Source: a bacterium
Lineage (GTDB): Bacteria > Patescibacteriota > Saccharimonadia > CAILAD01 > BJGX01
Assembly (NCBI GenBank): GCA_023261595.1
Contig: JAHFOQ010000002.1
Coordinates: forward strand, 1-52,156
Direction: 5' to 3'
DNA: 52,156 nt
Shown here: positions 27,177 through 35,660 of the stretch, one piece after another
Numbering within the stretch: position 1 is the stretch's first letter
Layout of the letters: each line of letters starts with the position of its first letter
Made by a program: the position numbers and the translations under genes
Notes under the pieces: generated by a model
Database searches by the model: none
What the model was told of the DNA's origin: nothing
The model's input: only the letters and a program-made list of their open reading frames with translations

Positions 27177-28439
27177 ATGTTTATAGATGTAGCGATAGTA
27201 AAAATACAAGCGGGCAATGGTGGAAACGGTTACCTAAGTTTTCATCGTACCAAAGGGAACGCCAAGGGTGGGCCAGATGGTGGTGATGGAGGTAATGGTG
27301 GCAACGTTATCTTGCGCGCAAGTCATAATACCAGTACCCTATCAAAATACCGTTCAAGCAAGCTTTGGGCGGCCGAAGATGGCGAACAAGGAGGAAGTAA
27401 TCGGTGTCACGGTAAGAATGGCGAATCAACTGTACTACTCGTTCCACCAGGAACTATTGTATTTGATGATGATACGGTATTAGCCGATCTTACAGCAGAC
27501 GGACAAGAAGCAATAATTGCCCAAGGTGGTAAAGGTGGTTTTGGAAACACTCATTTTAAGAGCTCAGTACGCCAAGCTCCACAAATGGCTGAACTAGGTG
27601 AACGTGGCGAGACCAAAACTTTAAAACTCGAACTTAAGATAGTGGCTGATGTTGGTCTGATTGGTCTACCAAATGCGGGTAAGAGCACATTGCTTTCTGT
27701 TGTAAGTTCAGCGAAACCAGAAATTGCCGATTACGCCTTTACTACTTTGGTACCAAACTTAGGTGTGGTTGATATCGACGGCAAAAGCATGCTTTTGGCT
27801 GATATACCTGGGCTGATTGAAGGGGCGAGCAAAGGAAAAGGCCTTGGTGTTGAATTTCTGCGTCATGTTGAGAGATGTAGGGTATTATTACAACTTATCG
27901 ACGCTACCTCGGCTAACTGGGTGAAAGATTTTCAGACGGTTCGAGCAGAGCTTATAGAGTATTCAAAAGAATTAGCAAACAGACCATTCTTAGTGGTTAT
28001 TTCAAAAGCCGAAAGTGTTCCTGAAGCTGAACTTAATAAAAAAATTGCTGACTTTATGAAACAAACTAAACTAAAAAAGCCAGATGTATATACGATATCG
28101 GCTGTTGCAAATACCGGTATTGTTACCTTGCTTCGGGCTACACAAAAAATGGTAGAGAAAAACGAAAAACAGTCTAAGAAAAAACAACCCGAAGATGAGC
28201 TAGAAGTTATTACACTTACCCCGGGTGAGACTTGGGAAGTTATAAAGGAAGAAGATTTTTATAGTATTGTGGGTACCCGTTTAGAACGTTTTGCTGCTCG
28301 AACAAATTTTGACCAACCAGATGGAATTCGTCGTTTGCGCGATATCTTAAAGCGCGAAGGAGTTGGGAGAGAATTGAATCGACTTGGTGCAGAACGAGGA
28401 GATACAATTAAAATTGCTGGTAAAAAACTCCAATGGTAA
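27177..28439 (+). CDS. obg: GTPase Obg/CgtA
   Basis: MFIDVAIVKIQAGNGGNG, the glycine-rich Obg fold GGPDGGDGGNGGNV, G1 GLPNAGKST, and DIPGLIEGAS. The ATG at 27177 lies 7 nt after the extended -10 TGCTATAAT (27161-27169), and that -10 overlaps the 27168 ATG. Confidence 0.92.
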   Translation: MFIDVAIVKIQAGNGGNGYLSFHRTKGNAKGGPDGGDGGNGGNVILRASHNTSTLSKYRSSKLWAAEDGEQGGSNRCHGKNGESTVLLVPPGTIVFDDDTVLADLTADGQEAIIAQGGKGGFGNTHFKSSVRQAPQMAELGERGETKTLKLELKIVADVGLIGLPNAGKSTLLSVVSSAKPEIADYAFTTLVPNLGVVDIDGKSMLLADIPGLIEGASKGKGLGVEFLRHVERCRVLLQLIDATSANWVKDFQTVRAELIEYSKELANRPFLVVISKAESVPEAELNKKIADFMKQTKLKKPDVYTISAVANTGIVTLLRATQKMVEKNEKQSKKKQPEDELEVITLTPGETWEVIKEEDFYSIVGTRLERFAARTNFDQPDGIRRLRDILKREGVGRELNRLGAERGDTIKIAGKKLQW

Positions 28440-28987
28440 ATGTAGATGTTGCCGATATTCGTCTAAGATGCGAAACGAAGCCGGATTTATTTTCACCAAA
28501 AGGTCTCGACAACGGTTCGCGATTATTACTTGAAACTATTATTAAGCAAGAGCTTAATCCACAATCTATTTTAGATTGGGGTTGTGGCTGGGGAGCGATC
28601 GGTCTAATTTTGGCGAGTGAGTTTACGACGTCTTCTGTTATAGCGGTTGATTCTGATATCGCAGCAGTTGCTACTACAAAAGAAAATACCGAAATGAATA
28701 AAATAAAGAACCTTGAGGTTATTGCGAGTCATGGTTTTAGCGAAATTCCAAAAACTCAATATAATCTTATTGCCTCTAATCCTCCTACTCACCGAGGGCG
28801 TGAGGTAGTAGATACAATGATTAGTCAGAGCTTTGCGCACTTAGAAAACAATGGAATGTTGGTAATTGTTGTAGAGGCTCGATTGAAACCCTGGGTAGCA
28901 CGTCAGATGAAAACAGTATTTGGTGACTATAAAATTGCCAAGCGCGGACCTAAACACGTAGTTTTGATTGCAAAAAAAACTGAATAA
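28433..28987 (+). CDS. class I SAM-dependent methyltransferase, RsmC/RsmD-like small domain (MTS)
   Basis: 184 aa. The SAM motif LDWGCGWGAIGL and the catalytic-type NPPTHRG motif. It overlaps the obg stop (ATGGTAA). Confidence 0.7.
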   Translation: MVNVDVADIRLRCETKPDLFSPKGLDNGSRLLLETIIKQELNPQSILDWGCGWGAIGLILASEFTTSSVIAVDSDIAAVATTKENTEMNKIKNLEVIASHGFSEIPKTQYNLIASNPPTHRGREVVDTMISQSFAHLENNGMLVIVVEARLKPWVARQMKTVFGDYKIAKRGPKHVVLIAKKTE

Positions 28988-29002
28988 ACTTATGATTAAG
29001 CT

Positions 29003-29215
29003 ATGGAAAAACAAGAACACAAGCACAATCGAGCCGCCACACAATTTTTTCGCGAAGGAAAAGAACTACAAGCTCGCGATATAGCTCGCAGTGCACACTA
29101 CACGTATCGTGATGGTTTTCGTTTGGGCCTTGGTATATTTATTGGTTTTTTAGTTGGCTCTCTCGCTCTAATTTTAGTAGTATATCTACTAAACTTTCTC
29201 ATGCGTCTTATCTGA
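29003..29215 (+). CDS. small hypothetical membrane protein
   Basis: 70 aa with one C-terminal TM helix (LGIFIGFLVGSLALILVVYLLNF). There is no homology signal. Confidence 0.35.
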   Translation: MEKQEHKHNRAATQFFREGKELQARDIARSAHYTYRDGFRLGLGIFIGFLVGSLALILVVYLLNFLMRLI

Positions 29216-29260
29216 TTGTTAAAAAAAGTATAATCTGTTAGAATTATTCCCGTTAGATAA

Positions 29261-29336
29261 GGGGCATTGGCGCAGTTGGTAGCGCGCATCCATGGCATGG
29301 ATGAGGTCATCGGTTCGAACCCGATATGCTCCACCA
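29261..29336 (+). tRNA. tRNA-Ala (anticodon GGC), CCA encoded
   Basis: Manual cloverleaf. Acceptor GGGGCAT/ATGCTCC contains the G3:U70 alanine identity pair. Anticodon stem CATCC/GGATG with loop ATGGCAT. T-arm ATCGG-TTCGAAC-CCGAT. 3' end ACCA. Confidence 0.9.
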
Positions 29337-29620
29337 GTATAAAGTCCCCAATTGTGGGGACTTTATACTGGTAATGTATACGTTTTGAGAAACCGAAGGT
29401 TCGGTGGAGTGAGGAGCACAGTGAAACGCCAAACCAGTTTGAGCGATTTCCGAGCACCGAACGAAAAAGGCGGAGCCGCCCCGATATGCTCCACCAAGAT
29501 TATGGCCCCATATACTGGGGCTTTAATCTTGGAAAAATAGCGAGAACCGTAACTGCAATGCAGTCGGTTCGAAATCGCTCGCTCATAGCGGTCGCGCAGC
29601 GATCTATGCTCCACCCGAAG
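29321..29620 (+). repeat. tandem copies of the tRNA-Ala 3' end, each followed by a long hairpin (att-like scars)
   Basis: CCGATATGCTCCACCA occurs at 29321-29336 (the true tRNA end) and again exactly at 29481-29496. A degenerate third copy, GCGATCTATGCTCCACC, ends near 29614. Related hairpins follow the first two copies: 29335-29370 (16 bp) and 29494-29532 (about 17 bp with 1 mismatch). Confidence 0.6.
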
Positions 29621-29721
29621 GGTCTTATCGAATTACTGCTCCAATTTCGGGCTGTGGTATATTTATGATTTACAGTCACTTATTGCTTATAACTATTACC
29701 TTAAAATGATAGAATGATCCT

Positions 29722-30003
29722 ATGTCTTTCCAAGCTTACCTCGATAATATTGAAATAAAAACTGGCAAAACGCCAAATGATTTTCTTGAGCTCGCGTCAG
29801 CAAAGGGTTTTAATAAAGATACAAAAGCCAGTGAAATAATTGATTGGCTAAATCAAGATTTTGGTTTGGGTAGAGGCCACGCTATGGCTCTTGTGCATAT
29901 AATAAAAAACGGTGCGCAAATTGGATCAAAACATCTTAATAGCGGAAGTACACATAGTGATGCCAGTAGCGAGCTAAGACTCGATGGTATTAAGAAAAGA
30001 TAA
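29722..30003 (+). CDS. DUF4287 domain protein
   Basis: 93 aa. MSFQAYLDNIEIKTGKTPNDF … DFGLGRGHAMALVH is typical of DUF4287 (from memory). The extended -10 TGATAGAAT ends 6 nt before the ATG. Confidence 0.6.
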   Translation: MSFQAYLDNIEIKTGKTPNDFLELASAKGFNKDTKASEIIDWLNQDFGLGRGHAMALVHIIKNGAQIGSKHLNSGSTHSDASSELRLDGIKKR

Positions 30004-30149
30004 TCAGTCAAATTTATTATTTGTAAATTATGGCAGGTAAACCACATGTAAATGTGGATTCGTTTTTACAGTAGAATCAAAATGTAGAAAAAATACTAAA
30101 AAGATGGTAAAATACCGAAGTTCTTACCTGAACCTTAAAAAGGAGCACA

Positions 30150-31982
30150 ATGCTTACAGAAGCAATTGCGCTGGCGCTCAAATACGGCACATACGTTTTT
30201 GATGAACATAGCATTATCGATAGAGAGAATGCAATATTTTGTTTTGATGATGGTGATTTTACTCCAAACTATTCACGCAAAGATTTTGCTGCTTCAGAAG
30301 TATCAGTACTTGATACGTTGAATCAAAATTTTCAAGCTTTAACGCCACAAGAGTTGCAACATAGAAGTCTTGGCCCGCACTATATGAGCACACTCTTAGG
30401 TACTATGCACCGAAAAGATGCATTGCGTAGAGCACGTAAACAAACATTCTTACCAGTACAACCTGAATGGGAACAGAGAGAAGTGGAATATGAGCTTACT
30501 CTGTTAGGAACGTGGCTGATGCGAGAAGCTCAACGTAGTTTGCCATTCGGTTGTGTAGAAGCAGCGATTGGCTTTAGCCAGAAAAGCTTAAAGGAGCGAG
30601 AAGATAGAATTAAGGTTGTTTTTGAGCAACTTAAGTGTAGTAATTGGTATACACTCAATGAGTATCGTGCCAAAAATTTTGCACAAGAAATGCGACATAA
30701 TTCGCTTGAAGTACTACCTCGTCAGTACGGCCAGTACCCTTCGAGCCTTGTAAGGCCAAATTGCTTAGGTATTAGTGCGATGCTCTGTGGCTGGTGCGAA
30801 TTGGCCGGTGTGGAATATATGTATGTTAATACCGTTCGAGATAGAAGCAGTACCCTCGCTGAGATGTTTGTAGAGACCATAAAACATTCTATTGAGTGGT
30901 GCACAGAAAACGAAATTACTATTCCAGAAATGGATCTGTTTGCAATGCAATCTCAGTTAGAAGAGTTTAAAACTCCGTATACAGCAAACAGTTTTCATCA
31001 CTGTGTAGCGGTAAAGATGGCAGACGATTATTGGTTAATGCTCGATCCATACCAAGAAATATTGTTACCAATCTCGCCCGTGAATCATGGAAGTGGAGAA
31101 ACTATCGATGAAACCTTTAGGCTTCTCACGAGAATGGCAAAACCTTTACCTGGAATAGTATTGCAATATGAATCAGAAGATTACGAAGCAATTCGAGGAC
31201 CGGCAGAAAGTCACTTAAGGGATAGTTTTATGTCTGCTGTTGATGCAAAACTCTATATAAAGTATTTTGGCGATGAACCAAATAGGTTATTCGGTGCAAT
31301 TTATGTTGCTCTAGAAAATGGATGGTTTAGTAGTTTTTGGGGTGATAATTGGGAGTCGTGTGGTGTCTCGAGTAGCCACCTAACATTTCCAAATAAAAAT
31401 CGAAAAATTAACCAAAGAACTTTTTATGATTGTATGTATGGTTGGGTTGGGGCATCAATACTGAACCTAACCACAGAATATCGGTTTTCAAGTATTGAGA
31501 AATTGAAGGCCTATTATTCTCAAAATGATGGTTTTGCCTATAGATTTAGAGAATTGTTTCAGGTTCTACCAATTATTCAACTTGTGCATAAGATGCAAAA
31601 GTATGCATACGATGATAAATCGAAATATAATCATTTTGTGGTTGAATTTGGTAATCCTGCCTTTCAGTTAGCATGTAATACACTCAATCATCTCTCAGCT
31701 TGGGATGTTGAGTTTTCTGAATTGATCGATCCATTTGATATTGCGAAGTTTAGTGGGAGTCAATTAATCTGGCACGATGCGCTCGCTAGATGGTATAATA
31801 CTGACCAGCCTCAGTTAGACCCTGAGTGGGAAGCATACCTCACCTCTCAGCTAAGTAAACTACATATGTACCAATGGCATTTCCAAACCCGGCAAATGCT
31901 TACCCATCCCGACCAGGAGGAACCCAACGATGCCGAGAATGACAAAGGAACAGAAGGCAGCAGAGATCAAGAAGCTGCGTGA
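30150..31982 (+). CDS. hypothetical 610-aa protein with a possible transglutaminase/papain-like Cys-His-Asp core
   Basis: RBS AAAGGAG lies upstream of the ATG. Candidate triad: NCLGISAMLCGW … FHHCVAVKMADDYWLMLDP. The last ~25 codons lie inside a GC-rich island. Confidence 0.55.
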   Translation: MLTEAIALALKYGTYVFDEHSIIDRENAIFCFDDGDFTPNYSRKDFAASEVSVLDTLNQNFQALTPQELQHRSLGPHYMSTLLGTMHRKDALRRARKQTFLPVQPEWEQREVEYELTLLGTWLMREAQRSLPFGCVEAAIGFSQKSLKEREDRIKVVFEQLKCSNWYTLNEYRAKNFAQEMRHNSLEVLPRQYGQYPSSLVRPNCLGISAMLCGWCELAGVEYMYVNTVRDRSSTLAEMFVETIKHSIEWCTENEITIPEMDLFAMQSQLEEFKTPYTANSFHHCVAVKMADDYWLMLDPYQEILLPISPVNHGSGETIDETFRLLTRMAKPLPGIVLQYESEDYEAIRGPAESHLRDSFMSAVDAKLYIKYFGDEPNRLFGAIYVALENGWFSSFWGDNWESCGVSSSHLTFPNKNRKINQRTFYDCMYGWVGASILNLTTEYRFSSIEKLKAYYSQNDGFAYRFRELFQVLPIIQLVHKMQKYAYDDKSKYNHFVVEFGNPAFQLACNTLNHLSAWDVEFSELIDPFDIAKFSGSQLIWHDALARWYNTDQPQLDPEWEAYLTSQLSKLHMYQWHFQTRQMLTHPDQEEPNDAENDKGTEGSRDQEAA

Positions 31983-32178
31983 GAGCGGCATGAGTGATGC
32001 TGACATCATCGCTGAGAACGGCAACCTGCAAGCCGGCTTCGTCTGGCTGAAGGAGAACCCAGGCAGCGACGCCAAGGCAGAGAAGCCCAAGCAGCCGGTT
32101 GGTTCTGGATCGATGCCGGCAACCCCGCAACCCGCCAAGAGCTACGCCGCGGAGTTCCGCACCCCCACGCTCACGTAG
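31930..32178 (+). CDS. small hypothetical protein encoded by a GC-rich island (possible HTH)
   Basis: 82 aa. A perfect SD AGGAGG lies 8 nt upstream of the ATG. About 60-68% GC. It overlaps the end of the 610-aa ORF by 53 nt. SGMSDADIIAENGNLQAGFVWLKE is helix-turn-helix-like and the tail is P/A-rich. Confidence 0.45.
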   Translation: MPRMTKEQKAAEIKKLRESGMSDADIIAENGNLQAGFVWLKENPGSDAKAEKPKQPVGSGSMPATPQPAKSYAAEFRTPTLT

Positions 32179-32185
32179 AGCACTT

Positions 32186-32211
32186 GCCAGTCTTTAATGA
32201 CTGGCTTTTTT
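32186..32211 (+). terminator. intrinsic terminator
   Basis: GCCAGTC-TTTAAT-GACTGGC followed by T6. Confidence 0.7.
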
Positions 32212-32281
32212 AATTATGCTTTTGTTAATACAAAATTACTTCAGTATAATAGGTTACACTACCTACCAAGGAGTAGTGCAC

Positions 32282-32650
32282 ATGGGGTTTGTGGATGTTC
32301 TCCCAAAAACATTTTTTATCGACACAACAAAGGTTCGAACGTACGAGGAATTCTTTGCACTTGGTCCACATTGCACATATTGGTGGCAACATAAAGAAGA
32401 AGATGAACCTTGGCCAACAGTTAAGCTCGAACAGAGAACAGCTGTTAAATTATGGGACGGTAGAGTAAAGGTTTTGTACAAGGGTGATTATTTGGTTTGG
32501 TGCAATTCAAACCCTGTCCAGATTGGTATGATTTCGTACATTGCATATGAACTTGGAAACCATACAACGATTATGGTGCAAAATATTGCTCAGACGCTTA
32601 GTGCTGAGCTTTGGAATGCCTGGATAATGAGCAAAGTAGTTAATGTTTAA
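32282..32650 (+). CDS. hypothetical protein
   Basis: The ATG at 32282 lies 8 nt after the RBS AAGGAG (ORF track start is 32216). 122 aa with no recognisable domain. Confidence 0.45.
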   Translation: MGFVDVLPKTFFIDTTKVRTYEEFFALGPHCTYWWQHKEEDEPWPTVKLEQRTAVKLWDGRVKVLYKGDYLVWCNSNPVQIGMISYIAYELGNHTTIMVQNIAQTLSAELWNAWIMSKVVNV

Positions 32651-32722
32651 TAATTTCTCCTAGTAAATTGCTAGGGGTTTTTTACTGTCACAATCTGTAC
32701 ACTCTGGCGTTATTTCTGTATC

Positions 32723-33166
32723 ATGAAAGAAAAGATGGAAACAGTAAAAAACATTAGTAAAAAAACTGCTGAAAAAGCTCAAAAACAGGCACAAATGCAC
32801 GCCAGTGGTTTTATGGAATTTATTCGTGAACAAGGTGTAATAACTTTGGCAGTAGGGTTTATTTTAGCCGCAGCAGTAACGAAAACAGTAAACTCACTGG
32901 TAATTGATATTATTAATCCAATTCTTGGTATATTCCTGGGAAAAACTAATCTTGCAAGTGCAACCTGGCAAGTTGCTGGAGTTACTATTGCCTGGGGTAA
33001 TTTTGTAAGTGCCCTTATCGACTTTGTCGTTATCGCATTTGTGGTGTATATCGGTTTTAAAGTATTGCGACTTGATCGACTTGATATTGATAAAAAGAAA
33101 CGTGAAAAAGAAGCAGAAGAAGCTGCAAAAAAAGAACACGCAAGCGAAAAATCTCAGAAAAAATAA
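32723..33166 (+). CDS. mscL: large-conductance mechanosensitive channel MscL
   Basis: FMEFIREQGVITLAVGFILAAAVTKTVNSLVIDIINPILG matches the MscL TM1 signature. There is a second TM helix and a K/E-rich tail. Confidence 0.85.
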   Translation: MKEKMETVKNISKKTAEKAQKQAQMHASGFMEFIREQGVITLAVGFILAAAVTKTVNSLVIDIINPILGIFLGKTNLASATWQVAGVTIAWGNFVSALIDFVVIAFVVYIGFKVLRLDRLDIDKKKREKEAEEAAKKEHASEKSQKK

Positions 33167-33178
33167 TCAAATTAATCT

Positions 33179-33490
33179 ATGCTAATATTTGCCTTCTTCA
33201 CCCTTGTCGTCACATTTTTATTTTGGATGGGTATTCAAGTAGAAACGGGCAGAAGAAAACCCCGACCAAATGATCGTTTCTTTCCACTTTTTGGAAGAAA
33301 TATTGATTATGTTATAGGAACAGCAGGAATACTCGTTGGTACCGGAATTATTATTGAAGCACTTGGTTTGAGTGTAAGTTCTTATACATTAATTGGAATC
33401 GGATTAGTTTTTATTCTGACTGGTATTATTCGTCCGTTTCTTAATCCAAAAAAATTTGGTCCAAGCTGGATTAGAAAAGTAAAGTATTAA
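33179..33490 (+). CDS. small hypothetical membrane protein
   Basis: 103 aa with three predicted TM segments. Confidence 0.4.
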   Translation: MLIFAFFTLVVTFLFWMGIQVETGRRKPRPNDRFFPLFGRNIDYVIGTAGILVGTGIIIEALGLSVSSYTLIGIGLVFILTGIIRPFLNPKKFGPSWIRKVKY

Positions 33491-33550
33491 TTGTTGACAT
33501 ACTAGCGCGATAAAACTACCATACACTTACGTACCTAAAAAAAAGGTGGG

Positions 33551-34315
33551 ATGATGACCACAACTCCATATATTGGCGTTACTGGGTTTATGAACCGCAC
33601 ACAAGTTGAACAAGCGCTCGAAGGGTTTCCACATACTCCGTTTCTTAAATTAATGGTTGGGGTCTTAGCGAGTGATAAGACTCTCTCAGGTGTTCCAAAT
33701 AGTCATCCCAACAGTTTTCCTCACCCTGATGATATTGCTGAAATTTTTGTAGATGATCCAAGAGTTTTAAATTTGGTTCACTATAATACTCATAATCAAA
33801 AAGGGTTAGCTCGACAGCTAGATACTCTTTTTGAAACGGCCGGGCCGAATTGTCATGGCGCACAACTTAATGTTACTTGGCCGAGCCCGGAAGAATTGAA
33901 ATGGCAACATAACGCCTGGGGTGATAAGCAGATTGTTTTGCAACTTGGTCGCGAGGCGTTTCAGTCAAAACAAAGTCCTGTTATGGTTGCAAGATATCTT
34001 GGTATTTACAAACAATTGATTGATTATGTACTTTTCGATATGAGTGGTGGATTCGGAGTGGAAATTGATGTTAATTTAGCGACAGAGTGTCTGGTTGAAT
34101 ATCTCAAGTATGGTCTCGATAGGTATTTTGGGTTTGGATTAGCTGGAGGACTTGATGCTGAGAAGGTGAGTAATTTGGCATCATTGTTGCGCGTTTCTCA
34201 GACCTTAAGTGTTGATGCACAGGGTAAGCTTCGCAGTAACGATCAGCTTGATCTACAAAAAGTCCGTGCCTACATTCAATCAGCCCTTCGTTTGTACAGA
34301 CCGGTAAAAACATAA
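33551..34315 (+). CDS. hypothetical protein, possibly a TrpF/PRAI-like TIM barrel
   Basis: 254 aa. IGVTGF, HGAQLN, LFDMSGGFGVEID and GLAGGLDAEKV weakly resemble phosphoribosylanthranilate isomerase motifs. This is a weak call. Confidence 0.4.
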   Translation: MMTTTPYIGVTGFMNRTQVEQALEGFPHTPFLKLMVGVLASDKTLSGVPNSHPNSFPHPDDIAEIFVDDPRVLNLVHYNTHNQKGLARQLDTLFETAGPNCHGAQLNVTWPSPEELKWQHNAWGDKQIVLQLGREAFQSKQSPVMVARYLGIYKQLIDYVLFDMSGGFGVEIDVNLATECLVEYLKYGLDRYFGFGLAGGLDAEKVSNLASLLRVSQTLSVDAQGKLRSNDQLDLQKVRAYIQSALRLYRPVKT

Positions 34316-34365
34316 AATCTTCTCCGAGACGTGAGCTCGGAGTTTTTTAATGCTAGAATAAAACA

Positions 34366-35640
34366 ATGAAACAACTAGCAAAGAACGTTATTATTCGCCG
34401 ACTCAACAAACGTGTGCGCAAACTACTCACACTACACAATATTACAATTATTGAAGTAACGGGTACTGTAGGTAAGACAAGCACTAAGTCTGCAATAGGC
34501 CAAGTTTTAGCTAAGAGTAGAAAGGTTCATTACACCGAAGATAGTTATAATACTGATATTGGTATACCACTAAGCATGTTTAATATTAAAGCACCCGGAC
34601 AGTTATGGAACCTTAACTCATGGCATAAAATATTTACCCAGATTGATATGCAACTTGATGATTATCCGTACGATACAGTAGTTCTTGAACTAGCCGAAGA
34701 CGAACCTGCCATGATGGCACAAGTTCAAAAGATACTCCCACCAGATATTTCGGTTATTACCGAAGTTACACCTGCTCATATGGAAAGAATGCACGACCTA
34801 AAGACACTTCTCCATAATGCCTGGAAGATCGCGGCTCGAGGAAAATACATTTTTTATAATGCAGATAGCGATGGATTACGCAAAAAGGCATATAAAAGTA
34901 ATACCCTTGGCTATGGACTAAATAATGGAAAAGTTCGGTTTACCGAAATACGTCGACAGAAAAATGGGTTACTAAACGCTAAACTTATTCTTGGTAAAAA
35001 TACTAAAATAATCCAGACTAAGATGGCAGGAAAACAAAATCTGCATGCGCTCTTGGCCGCTGCGGCCGTTGCTGATTATCTACAGATACCATTTTCTAAT
35101 ATTAGTAAGAGTCTTGAGCAAATTGCACCCGTTAATGGTCGTATGAATCTTTTACTAGCATTACATGGTGCGACGCTGATTGATGATAGTTATAATTCTA
35201 GCCCCGATGCTGTTATTGCTGCATTAGACGCCCTAGCAGAATTTAAAAGTAAAAAAATAGCGGTACTTGGTAATATGAATGAACTTGGCGAACACAGTCC
35301 GGCAGAACACGAAAGAGTAGGTAAGTATGCTGCAAGTATAGTTGATTTACTTATTGTAGTAGGCCCACATGCAGAGAAATATCTTGCCCCAGCGGCAGAA
35401 CAAGCTGGAATGAAGCAAGATAATATAAAGCGTTTCCGTACACCATATGAAGCTGGATATTATATTAAATCAATTTTACAAAAAAATGATGTAATTCTTG
35501 TTAAGGGCAGCCAAAATGGTGTGTATTCCGAAGAAGTAAGCAGAATATTGCTCGATCCAAGCCTTAATCCCACTGAAAAGTTAGTTCGACAAAGCAAAGA
35601 TTGGCGCCGCAAAAAGAAAAAGGCTTTTGCCTTACATTAA
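34366..35640 (+). CDS. murF: Mur ligase family protein, MurF-like (UDP-MurNAc-peptide D-Ala-D-Ala ligase)
   Basis: 424 aa. P-loop VTGTVGKTSTK, DDSYNSSPDA, LGNMNELGE. The extended -10 TGCTAGAAT ends 6 nt before the ATG. Confidence 0.8.
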   Translation: MKQLAKNVIIRRLNKRVRKLLTLHNITIIEVTGTVGKTSTKSAIGQVLAKSRKVHYTEDSYNTDIGIPLSMFNIKAPGQLWNLNSWHKIFTQIDMQLDDYPYDTVVLELAEDEPAMMAQVQKILPPDISVITEVTPAHMERMHDLKTLLHNAWKIAARGKYIFYNADSDGLRKKAYKSNTLGYGLNNGKVRFTEIRRQKNGLLNAKLILGKNTKIIQTKMAGKQNLHALLAAAAVADYLQIPFSNISKSLEQIAPVNGRMNLLLALHGATLIDDSYNSSPDAVIAALDALAEFKSKKIAVLGNMNELGEHSPAEHERVGKYAASIVDLLIVVGPHAEKYLAPAAEQAGMKQDNIKRFRTPYEAGYYIKSILQKNDVILVKGSQNGVYSEEVSRILLDPSLNPTEKLVRQSKDWRRKKKKAFALH

Positions 35641-35660
35641 AACAGCGTACAATTACGCTC

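Noticed and set aside
29098-29668. ORFs overlapping tRNA-Ala and its repeats: 29098..29457(-), 29363..29614(-), 29352..29540(+) and 29486..29668(+).
   Set aside because: They read through the tRNA gene, the hairpins or the repeats, and have no RBS. They are artefacts of the non-coding region.
29337-32700. An intact integrative mobile element at tRNA-Ala.
   Set aside because: No integrase, recombinase or excisionase ORF is present. The tRNA 3'-end repeats are only 160-280 nt apart, and no further copy of the 16-mer flanks the downstream genes. Only scars are called.
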